Assembly: GCA_963707955.1 (NCBI GenBank)
Contig: OY970176.1
Location: 1,792,001-1,856,000, forward strand
DNA from: Candidatus Bathyarchaeota archaeon
GTDB lineage: Archaea; Thermoproteota; Bathyarchaeia; Bathyarchaeales; Bathycorpusculaceae
Length of the DNA: 64,000 bases
Direction: 5' to 3'
The notes beneath the pieces are model-generated. The model made no database searches. It worked only from the letters and a program-made list of their open reading frames with translations, and had not been told where the DNA came from. Of this stretch, positions 51,581 through 59,768 are shown in pieces (positions within the stretch are counted from its first letter, which is position 1; every line of letters starts with the position of its first letter). The translations under genes were made by a program, and so were the position numbers.

Positions 51581-53080
51581 ATGGTTAACATCTTGGACGT
51601 TTCTTCTCCCATAATCAGTTTCGTCTTGTTTTCGCTTCTGACAATCCCTGTGGTTAAGGCCATCCGCAAAAGGCCTAGCAAGAGAACTGCTCTCTCTCTT
51701 TGCTGGTTTGCTATCGTTTTCGTCACTGCAACTGCAACTGTTGCCAACCTCGCGATAAAATATTACGACCAATCTTCATCCAACCCGTTCCTAACCTTAG
51801 CGCTGACAACCGGAACCAATACTGTGTTCTCAAGCGCTTTTCTGATAGACGCAATGTCGATTTACATGGCTATCATTTTCACAATTGTGGGTGCAGTTGT
51901 TTTTCTGTACGGCATGTTCTATGTTGATCTTGACGAGAAACTCTCAGAGAGATACTATGCTATCATGCTTATCGTAATTGGTTGCACAATAGGCGCTGCC
52001 TTCTCAGGGGATCTTCTGACCCTCTTCATTTTTTGGGAAGCCTCCGCCGCGGGTTCGAGCTTCTTGATGCTCTATCAGAGAACCCGCAAATCCTTGCATG
52101 CTACTCTGAGGTATTTAGTTATGATAATAATAGCTTCAGCATTCATAGTTTATGGACTTTCAATAGTGTACGGCATAACAGGCACTCTTAACTTCTGGGC
52201 AGTAAGACAAGCATTGATAGCCTTACCAGACAAACGATTGCTCGTAATCGCCTTCGTTTTTATTGCGACAGGCTACGCTATTGAAGCTGCCGTTGTGCCT
52301 TTTCACATGTGGCTTCCGGACGCTTACACGGCAGCACCAGCATCGTCTTCAGCCTTTCTTTCTGCTCTTGTAGACCAAGGAAGCTACTATGTTCTTTTGA
52401 GAGTTCTCGTTTACATTCTGACGCCAATGACTGTCTTGAACTGGACTGTTATGCTTGCTGTCTTCTCTGCATTGACGATGGTAGTAGGCAATATACTCGC
52501 TTTGACACAAAGAGACTTGAAACGCTTGATTGCGTACGTTTGCGTTGCAGATGTAGGTTACAATCTTGTGGCTATAACCAGCGTAACATCGCTCGGAATA
52601 ATGGGAAACCTCTTCTTCTTCTTGGTGGGAGGAATAACAACAGCTCTTGCCTTCATGAGTATTGGGCTCTTAAACCGCATGGGGTTCAAGACTCTGGATG
52701 ATCTCTCAGGAGCGGGCAGAAAAGCGCCGTTTACGAGCTTGGCTCTAGTCCTGAGCGTCTTTTCCTTTGCAGGCGTCCCGCCTCTTGCGGGCTTCATCGC
52801 AAAGTACTTGGTCTTCACCGCTGCGATAGAAGCAAACCTAGGCTGGCTAGCAGTAATCGGCGTCCTTGCCAGCGTCGTTCAGACCGCGTACTTGCTGAGA
52901 TTGGTTAATCGCATGTATGCAAGAACACCCCAAGAAAATGCAATCAGGATTAAGGAGCCGAGAAGGCTACTTGTGCCCATTTTCATTCTTGTTGCAGCAA
53001 TAATCATATTAGGCATCTATCCTACGATTGTTTTAAACCTCATCCAACCCGTAAGTCAGCAATTTCCGCGTATACCATAG
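51581..53080 (+). CDS. nuoN: Antiporter-like subunit N (NuoN/MrpD homolog)
   Basis: FIFWE, VPFHMWLPDAY..AP, GN..AL.Q..LKRL.AY and GVPPLAGFIAK motifs. Confidence 0.88.
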   Translation: MVNILDVSSPIISFVLFSLLTIPVVKAIRKRPSKRTALSLCWFAIVFVTATATVANLAIKYYDQSSSNPFLTLALTTGTNTVFSSAFLIDAMSIYMAIIFTIVGAVVFLYGMFYVDLDEKLSERYYAIMLIVIGCTIGAAFSGDLLTLFIFWEASAAGSSFLMLYQRTRKSLHATLRYLVMIIIASAFIVYGLSIVYGITGTLNFWAVRQALIALPDKRLLVIAFVFIATGYAIEAAVVPFHMWLPDAYTAAPASSSAFLSALVDQGSYYVLLRVLVYILTPMTVLNWTVMLAVFSALTMVVGNILALTQRDLKRLIAYVCVADVGYNLVAITSVTSLGIMGNLFFFLVGGITTALAFMSIGLLNRMGFKTLDDLSGAGRKAPFTSLALVLSVFSFAGVPPLAGFIAKYLVFTAAIEANLGWLAVIGVLASVVQTAYLLRLVNRMYARTPQENAIRIKEPRRLLVPIFILVAAIIILGIYPTIVLNLIQPVSQQFPRIP

Positions 53081-53147
53081 CTTCTGTCGAAATTTCAGGT
53101 ATACATTTAAACATAATTTCCACCCTCTATAGATAGAGGGTCGAACC

Positions 53148-54680
53148 ATTCCTGAGAAGAAGAATAAACTAATCGCGTTTAATGATTTGGAACGATTGAT
53201 AATAGGGCCTGGGTTCTGCACTTTGTGTGGTGCGTGCGAAGCTGCCTGCCCAGTTCATGCAATAAAGGTGGAACATGACAGACCTTACAGGCTTCATGAT
53301 TGTTCTGACGATCTGGACTCTTGCCCGATCTGCTATGACACTTGCCCACACACTGATGCACTTCTGTTTGAAACGTTGAGGTTTGTTGCAGACGCTCCTC
53401 ATAGAAGAGAAAGCTTGGGCTATTACAGAAGGATTTTGCTCGCCCACGCCACTAATCCTACCTTGAGGGATGCTAGCAGAAGCGGAGGCGTCGTAACTGC
53501 ACTTCTTAATTTTGCCATCACCGAAAAAATAATCGACAGTGCCGTGGTCTCAGAAGCCTCGTCTAGAGTGCCTATTAAGATTAACCCTTCAATAAGCCTC
53601 GTACCAGATGATACGCTTTCCGCCGTGGACGCCAAGATCGTGCCTTCTGCAGTGGCAGAGGCTTTTGGTCGGGCAGTTTTTGAGCACGGCAAGCTGAACA
53701 TCGCTTTTGTTGGTATTCCATGCCATATTGTTGCACTTCGAAAACTTGAAGCTTGGCATCACAAGATGATGGGAAGCCTTCGAATAACTATAGGGCTCTT
53801 CTGCCTTTGGACTTTCTCCTTGGGTAAACTCCTCGAATACCTTCTGGACAAATACAGCATTGCGGCTAACGAGATTCAAAACGTTGATTTGACGGCGAAT
53901 GAGTACGTTGTAACCACGGAAAACGGTGTTGTTCGAATCCCACTTTCGGAAGCTAAATCTTACGTTATGAATCGCTGTAGGACTTGCACCTACTTCACTT
54001 CGCAACTTGCTGACCTGAGCGTTGGCGGAGCAGGCCCATTGAAAGACTGGTCTATAGTCATCATCAGAACCAAACAGGGCGAAGACTTCTTCAACAGTGC
54101 TGTCAGAGAGGGCGTAATAACAACTAAGAAGACAGAAACTGAACCAGACGCCTTGGCTCACCTGCTTCAGTTGGCCTCGTACAAGAGACAGTCTGCTTTT
54201 AAGGAAATCGAGGCTATGAAAAAAGTAGGTGTTGCCGTCCCTACCGGCGTGGAGCTTTTCTACAAAACTGCATCCACCGAAATCAGTACGCTGCAGGAAG
54301 TGAAAGTGAGAGAGATTATGACAAGAAAAGTGATCACTCTACCGCCAGCAATGACAGTTGATGAGCTCCTCGACAAAATAGCTAAACATCACCACACTGG
54401 CTTCCCAGTAATAGATGAATTAAACAGAATTGTGGGGATCGTTACCTTGCAGGATGCAATGAAGGTCGCCAAAGAGAATCGAAACAGTGTTTCTGTCCAG
54501 GAGATTGCTACAAAAGATCTGCTTGTAGTTTTTCCCGATGACACCGCTGCTAGGGCCCTCGAGAAAATGAGCCAGCACGATGTTGGAAGACTCCTCGTTG
54601 TGGATGGAAAGCACAAGCTTTCGCTGTTGGGAATTTTAACAAGAAGCGATGTGATGCATGCGCTAAGAAAGAATGTTTAA
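53148..54680 (+). CDS. FpoF/FrhB-like F420-binding flavoprotein with N-terminal ferredoxin and C-terminal CBS pair
   Basis: CTLCGACEAACP, CPICYDTCP, SGGVVTALL, VGIPC, IGLFC and CRTC...ADLSVG, then VREIMT..GFPV..GIVT and GRLLVV..GILTRSD; start ATT 53148 or TTG 53187. Confidence 0.88.
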   Translation: MPEKKNKLIAFNDLERLIIGPGFCTLCGACEAACPVHAIKVEHDRPYRLHDCSDDLDSCPICYDTCPHTDALLFETLRFVADAPHRRESLGYYRRILLAHATNPTLRDASRSGGVVTALLNFAITEKIIDSAVVSEASSRVPIKINPSISLVPDDTLSAVDAKIVPSAVAEAFGRAVFEHGKLNIAFVGIPCHIVALRKLEAWHHKMMGSLRITIGLFCLWTFSLGKLLEYLLDKYSIAANEIQNVDLTANEYVVTTENGVVRIPLSEAKSYVMNRCRTCTYFTSQLADLSVGGAGPLKDWSIVIIRTKQGEDFFNSAVREGVITTKKTETEPDALAHLLQLASYKRQSAFKEIEAMKKVGVAVPTGVELFYKTASTEISTLQEVKVREIMTRKVITLPPAMTVDELLDKIAKHHHTGFPVIDELNRIVGIVTLQDAMKVAKENRNSVSVQEIATKDLLVVFPDDTAARALEKMSQHDVGRLLVVDGKHKLSLLGILTRSDVMHALRKNV

Positions 54681-54737
54681 CGTGTATACTGATGTGTGCG
54701 CTAGGAAGACTTAATTGCTTCTTGCGGCGGATCTGTT

Positions 54738-55163
54738 TTGAAGATTATGCACTTCGTTAAAGAGATGATGAGGCCTGTCGTTAAGATAGGTTCGCAGCAA
54801 ACGGTTCTAGAAGCTGCGAAGCTTATGAGAGATTGTGGTCGGAGCAGCTTGGTCGTTATGGAGGGAAATATCGCTGTTGGTATAGTGACCGAGAAAGACT
54901 TTATTACGAGAGTCGCAGCGGAAAACCTCCCTTGCACTACGCTAGTTTCGCAGGTTATGTCCTCGCCTCTCAAAACGGTTGATGCTAACACACCTCTGAA
55001 GGAAGCTGCTAGAATCATGTTCGAAAATAAGATAAGACGGCTCCCAGTCGTGGAGGGTGGAGCATTAGCAGGAATTATAGTTGCGTCAGATTTTCTGTCC
55101 CAACTGTCCAAGAAAACCCTGACTGAGGAAATCTGGGGGGCGCTAACTAGCTCTAGCCTCTAA
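54738..55163 (+). CDS. CBS-pair protein
   Basis: VKEMM, GIVTEKDF, VMS.PL, IRRLPVV and GIIVASDF; paralog of 36541-36965. Confidence 0.88.
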   Translation: MKIMHFVKEMMRPVVKIGSQQTVLEAAKLMRDCGRSSLVVMEGNIAVGIVTEKDFITRVAAENLPCTTLVSQVMSSPLKTVDANTPLKEAARIMFENKIRRLPVVEGGALAGIIVASDFLSQLSKKTLTEEIWGALTSSSL

Positions 55164-55462
55164 AATCGATAAGGGAAAGAACCAACGAGGCCAGAGAACT
55201 GGCTTGGATTTCCATAAAACAGTCCGTTCGCGCCAGCAGTGTTCACGGCGGTTGTTGCAAACAGTCCTGTGGCTATAGAACCTCATATTCCGCCGACACC
55301 GTGGCACGCGAAAACATCCAAAGTGCTATCAAGACGTGTCCGCGCACGACACCTTGAAACCAAATTGGATACGGCATCCGCAATCAAACATATGACGATG
55401 GCTGAAGCGTGCGTTCCTAGAAGCTAATGCACGCTTAAATATGGCTTCTAGCGTGAAAGATA

Positions 55463-55666
55463 ATGGGGATTCGTGGAATGTATAGACTTGCCAAGCTGAC
55501 TGCCACTCAACTTAATGATATCAGGAAGCTTGAAGCTAAGTGGAAGGGCGTTGTGGTCTTGGCGTACGAGAAGGCACCAGAACCGGCGAACCTCTCCGAG
55601 GAACAACTGAGAAGACTTCAAAAATTGGAGAAAGAACTGGGCGTAGTTCTGATAGCATACAAATAG
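55463..55666 (+). CDS. Small internally duplicated protein
   Basis: Two copies of AxLxxxQLxx(I/L)xKLExxx(x)GVVxxAY. Confidence 0.7.
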   Translation: MGIRGMYRLAKLTATQLNDIRKLEAKWKGVVVLAYEKAPEPANLSEEQLRRLQKLEKELGVVLIAYK

Positions 55667-55772
55667 CCAAGGGCACGTGGAAACGTCAAATCTTGGTTGC
55701 AAAGGATGAGCCATACGCGACTACCATAATTGTTATCAATAAAGACCGACGTTTGTACCATGTGGTGATGTT

Positions 55773-55997
55773 TTGAGCTCAAAGCATAGGACGTTCAAGA
55801 AAAACTTTGAGACGGAGATGCGGGTTAACAACGTAAGATTACCACTGAACCATTTCGTGCAGGAAGCCTTGGCTAACATGATGATAGGTTTCTCAAAAAC
55901 TCTCAAACACGTCGAAGGAGAGGCTCCGGCAAGCATAGAAATAAGAATAAAAAGGCTTCCGAAGCAACTTGAAGTGGACGCTCACACCTACCCTTAA
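55773..55997 (+). CDS. Small protein resembling the C-terminal domain of archaeal MobB-like proteins
   Basis: VNNVRLPLNHFVQEAL.NM..GF.KTLK; GGTGA SD. Confidence 0.5.
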   Translation: MSSKHRTFKKNFETEMRVNNVRLPLNHFVQEALANMMIGFSKTLKHVEGEAPASIEIRIKRLPKQLEVDAHTYP

Positions 55998-56101
55998 AAC
56001 GCGTCGCTTATGATCTACGTTGAGTATCCGCCTTTCTTGACGCTCAAAGACCCGTGAACAAGACTTGAATCTGACTATAAGAATTACTACCGTGAGATAG
56101 C

Positions 56102-56845
56102 ATGTTTGAATTGGCTGGAAAAACGGCGCTCGTAACGGGCGGGGCTAAGCGTATCGGTAAGGCTATCGCTGTTGGATTGGCGAAACAAGGTGCAAATATC
56201 ATCATACATTATGGCAAGTCTGAAAATGAAGCAAGAGAATTGCGAGATGAAATAGTTGAGATAGGTCGCAAGTCTTGGATCGTCAGTGCTGATCTTGGGA
56301 ATCCTGAATTGTGCAAGGAACTGATCGCTCAGGCTTACGGATTATCTGGAGAAATTGACATACTTGTCAACAATGCTTCCATTTTCTCAGCCAATGGCGT
56401 GAACGATGTCAGACTCGAAGACATCGAGGTTAACATGTTGACCAATGCGTGGGCCCCCTTCTTATTGAGTAGGTATTTCTCTGAAAAAACCGATCATGGA
56501 AAAATAGTCAATATTCTGGACACAAGAGTTGCCGGGTATGACTTCAATCACTTCGCATACTATCTCAGCAAAAGAATGCTTGAAATCTTGACAAGGTCGA
56601 TGGCGCTGAAGCTGGCACCCAACATAACTGTCAACGCCATAGCACCCGGACTGATACTTCCTCCCCAGGGCAAAGACTACGTTTATCTTGAGCAGAAAAA
56701 GGACACAGTTCCGCTGAAAAAGTATGGGTCGGTTTCGGACATAGTTGAAACAGTCATTTTTCTCCTCAGGAGTGATTTTGTAACAGGACAAATAGTCTAT
56801 GTCGATGGGGGCAAACATTTGACCCAGACCATAGAGGGTCTGTGA
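56102..56845 (+). CDS. Pteridine reductase-like SDR (FolM/PTR1 family)
   Basis: TGGAKRIG (Arg typical of pteridine reductases), NNAS, I.D, YxxSK and VDGG; first gene of the folB-folK unit. Confidence 0.8.
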   Translation: MFELAGKTALVTGGAKRIGKAIAVGLAKQGANIIIHYGKSENEARELRDEIVEIGRKSWIVSADLGNPELCKELIAQAYGLSGEIDILVNNASIFSANGVNDVRLEDIEVNMLTNAWAPFLLSRYFSEKTDHGKIVNILDTRVAGYDFNHFAYYLSKRMLEILTRSMALKLAPNITVNAIAPGLILPPQGKDYVYLEQKKDTVPLKKYGSVSDIVETVIFLLRSDFVTGQIVYVDGGKHLTQTIEGL

Positions 56846-56890
56846 AAATCTAGGAAGATCTCGCTTATGGAAAAAAGAAGTGAACGAGAT

Positions 56891-57244
56891 ATGGACAAGA
56901 TTCTGATCAAAGACCTGCGTTTAAGATGTATCATAGGAATTGACGAGTTTGAGCGTAGGGAAAAGCAGGATGTGGCAATCAACGTTGTTATCTGGTCGAA
57001 TTTGACCGAGGCAGCTAAGACAGACGACATACGCAAGAGTGTTGACTACAAAGAAATAACCAAGCGCATCATAAGGCTAGTGGAAGGGTCAGAGTTTCGC
57101 CTTGTTGAGACGTTAGCAGAAAAAGTGGCAGAGAGTTGTCTTGAACACGCACGAGTCCAAAAAGTTAGGGTGACCGTTGAGAAGCCTGGGGCGCTCCGAT
57201 TTGCCAGAAGCGTAGGAGTAAGCATACTTCGAAAAAGGGACTAG
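56891..57244 (+). CDS. folB: Dihydroneopterin aldolase (FolB/FolX family)
   Basis: IIGI...ER..KQ, SVDY, F.LVETLAE and EKP.A motifs. Confidence 0.88.
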   Translation: MDKILIKDLRLRCIIGIDEFERREKQDVAINVVIWSNLTEAAKTDDIRKSVDYKEITKRIIRLVEGSEFRLVETLAEKVAESCLEHARVQKVRVTVEKPGALRFARSVGVSILRKRD

Positions 57245-57253
57245 TCTTCGGCC

Positions 57254-57781
57254 ATGACCGTGGCTTTCCTTTCCTTAGGTTCTAACATCGAGCCAGAAAA
57301 AAACATGCTTGAAGCAGTGAGGCTGCTGTCTCATCATGTCAAGGTGCTGAAGGCGTCAACAGTTTATCTCACTGAACCGTTGCAGCGGAAATCGCAGCCG
57401 GCATATTACAACTGCGTCATTAAAATCGAAACGGACATCGAGCCTTGCAAGTTGAAATTTGACGTGTTGAGAGTCATCGAAAACGAATTGGGAAGGAAAA
57501 GAACCGAAGACAAGTTCGAATCCCGAACAATCGACATAGACATAATACTCTATGGAAATCTAGTCTTTTCAACAAAAGAGCTGACTCTTCCAGACCCAGA
57601 TATACAGAGAAGAGCGTTCTTGGCCATACCTCTATCAGAAATTGAACCCGACTTGGCGTTGCCAATTGGAAATAAGCCTATGAGAGAAATAGCAGACCGA
57701 TTTAAGAAACAATCCAAGATCAAGGAGCTGAAGAGTTTCACTGAAACATTGCAAGGTCTAGTTAGAAGTTTACGCATGTAG
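57254..57781 (+). CDS. folK: 6-hydroxymethyl-7,8-dihydropterin pyrophosphokinase
   Basis: LSLGSN, Y.TEP, IE..LGR.R, RTIDIDI and LP...I..RAF motifs. Confidence 0.92.
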   Translation: MTVAFLSLGSNIEPEKNMLEAVRLLSHHVKVLKASTVYLTEPLQRKSQPAYYNCVIKIETDIEPCKLKFDVLRVIENELGRKRTEDKFESRTIDIDIILYGNLVFSTKELTLPDPDIQRRAFLAIPLSEIEPDLALPIGNKPMREIADRFKKQSKIKELKSFTETLQGLVRSLRM

Positions 57782-58336
57782 GATTTTCAGTGCTTCTTCC
57801 TTTGTGGAAGGATGCTTTTCAAAGTTGCCTCTAATTGCGCTGGAAACTGTTTGAACGTGGTGTGCCCGCGGTCCACGCATCTCCATGCAAAGGTGTCTTG
57901 CTTTGATCAGGACAAGCACTCCTCTCGCTTTTAGTTTTTCGTACAAATAATCAGCTAATTGTTTTGTCAAGTCTTCTTGAACCTGCGGTCTTGAAGCAAA
58001 GTATTTCACTATCCGCGGGAGTTTTGATAGCCCCACGATTTTTTCGCCAGGTATGTAGGCAATCGAGACTTCCCCGAATATCGGCAACAAGTGGTGAGCG
58101 CAAAGAGAGTAGAAAGGAATCCGCTTTATGGCCAGAATGTCGCGATAGCCCGGGTTATCGAAAAGTGTGAGTCTAGGCTCACTGGTTTTAGCCAACCCCG
58201 AAAAAATCTCCGTGTAAAGCCTTGCTACTCTCTTCGGGGTATTTCTGTACATCTCAGATTTCTTGTCTATGTCGAACTCGTCTAGGATGGATCTAACAGA
58301 GTTTTCGATCCTTCCGCGGCATCCTTCGTCTTTCAT
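57770..58336 (-). CDS. folE: GTP cyclohydrolase IA
   Basis: TPKRVA, SLCAHHLLP, GLSKL.R, RPQVQE and HLCMEMRG motifs. Confidence 0.93.
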   Translation of the reverse strand: MKDEGCRGRIENSVRSILDEFDIDKKSEMYRNTPKRVARLYTEIFSGLAKTSEPRLTLFDNPGYRDILAIKRIPFYSLCAHHLLPIFGEVSIAYIPGEKIVGLSKLPRIVKYFASRPQVQEDLTKQLADYLYEKLKARGVLVLIKARHLCMEMRGPRAHHVQTVSSAIRGNFEKHPSTKEEALKILHA

Positions 58337-58400
58337 GGCCGTTCACGGTTCCACATATTGCCTTTGATGAAGCTTGGTCAAATGAGGGATTTTTATCTTC

Positions 58401-58679
58401 CTATGCCAGTTTTATATTATCAATTCTTGACGCGAGTGCAAAATCATTCTTCGATAAGCCTTTGACGGCATGTGTGGTCAGTGTTAGTTTTACGTTGTTC
58501 CAACTCCATAGCAGAATGTCAGGGTGGTGATTCTCTGATTCTGCAACGTCTGCGACTTTGTTAATAAACTCAATCGCTTTCCTGAAATTGCTGAACTTAT
58601 AGTTTTTTTCAATAGCATCGCCGACTAGCTTCCAATCTTTAACTTGGTTGAGATACTTCTCTGCCTCTTCCTTCAACAT
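58401..58679 (-). CDS. Pterin-4a-carbinolamine dehydratase
   Basis: F.NF..A..F, AESENHHPD and TH...GLS.NDF.LA motifs. Confidence 0.9.
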   Translation of the reverse strand: MLKEEAEKYLNQVKDWKLVGDAIEKNYKFSNFRKAIEFINKVADVAESENHHPDILLWSWNNVKLTLTTHAVKGLSKNDFALASRIDNIKLA

Positions 58680-58788
58680 TGGCTACGCCTACCTCCACAG
58701 GATTACACTTTGCCAAAAGCAAATCAGTAGTGAACAGCTAAAATGACTTGCGTTCACTTCATATGCTTGCCTAGTAGAAATCTACTTG

Positions 58789-59013
58789 TTAGGTTTCGGT
58801 GACTTTTATGACGCTTACTGGGCAGCTGCATTCTGCTGCTTGCGCGTCTGCAATTTTTGAATCGTCGAAGCTGCCTGTCGATCTGCCATTGCTCTTGCCG
58901 CCTACTACTTTTGATTTTCCTTCTGCGTCACTCTCGAAATGAGCAGGATCAATCGTGTAGCAGGTTGCGCAGGCTATGCAGTTGTCCCTGTCAACCTCAA
59001 TTTTGTAAGTCAA
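58789..59013 (-). CDS. Monocluster ferredoxin
   Basis: CIACATC...CPV motif. Confidence 0.85.
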   Translation of the reverse strand: MTYKIEVDRDNCIACATCYTIDPAHFESDAEGKSKVVGGKSNGRSTGSFDDSKIADAQAAECSCPVSVIKVTET

Positions 59014-59220
59014 CTGGCCATTCCTCTGTGATTTGCAACTATGGACTCATTTGTGCGTCTGTTGTTGGCTTGGCTTCGTATGTGAGCCCACGAGGACCAC
59101 TTTGTCTGCGCGCGCTTTTCTTGTTAGCTCAAAATTTATATATAAATCTCTCGGACATCGTTAAGGTACGCCCAGAGAGCTCGATTGGAGCAAGAGTCTT
59201 GCAACGGAAGGTGATAAAGA

Positions 59221-59667
59221 GTGGGAATCGGCGAGTCAATTAAAACAGGTCATGACGAGTACAGAAGGTTCTTCGCAAAACTGTTCAAGACTACTCCAAA
59301 AGATGCAGAGTTGCGCGAGCAATTGTTCACTGACTTTCAGAGGAAGCTATATGCACACCATGAAGCCGAGGAACTGACGATTCTTCCGCGTATGACCAAG
59401 ATTCCGGACCTGAGAGATATGGCCCTTGAGCTCGAAGTAGAGCATGCAGACATGAAGGTGCATTTTGAAGCTCTTATAAAGGAAGGCTTCGACAGAGAGA
59501 TTTGGCGTTACAAGTTGGCGCCGCTGTATGACATCATGCACGCTCATTGGCTGAAAGAGGAGGAAACTATGATACCCTTCGGACCAGACTACTTCTCAAA
59601 GAGCGAGTGGGAAGATTTTGGCAAGAGGTTCGACGAAATAGTTGAGGATTATTTGAAAAACCACTAA
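59221..59667 (+). CDS. Hemerythrin-like (HHE) cation-binding protein
   Basis: H...HHEAEE, EH and HWLKEE motifs. Confidence 0.8.
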   Translation: MGIGESIKTGHDEYRRFFAKLFKTTPKDAELREQLFTDFQRKLYAHHEAEELTILPRMTKIPDLRDMALELEVEHADMKVHFEALIKEGFDREIWRYKLAPLYDIMHAHWLKEEETMIPFGPDYFSKSEWEDFGKRFDEIVEDYLKNH

Positions 59668-59768
59668 AGCAACACGCGCGTCAATCATGGCTACATTGGC
59701 AAGTATTAATACGCACCAATTTTGCAGAGACAGTCTACCAGCGCATGCTTATTGCGGTCGGTGCTGCA

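Noticed and set aside
41800-53080. Ordinary NADH dehydrogenase (complex I), Fpo or Mbs/Mbx
   Set aside because: No nuoEFG; all four Ni-ligating Cys are present in the large subunit; the small subunit has CxxC
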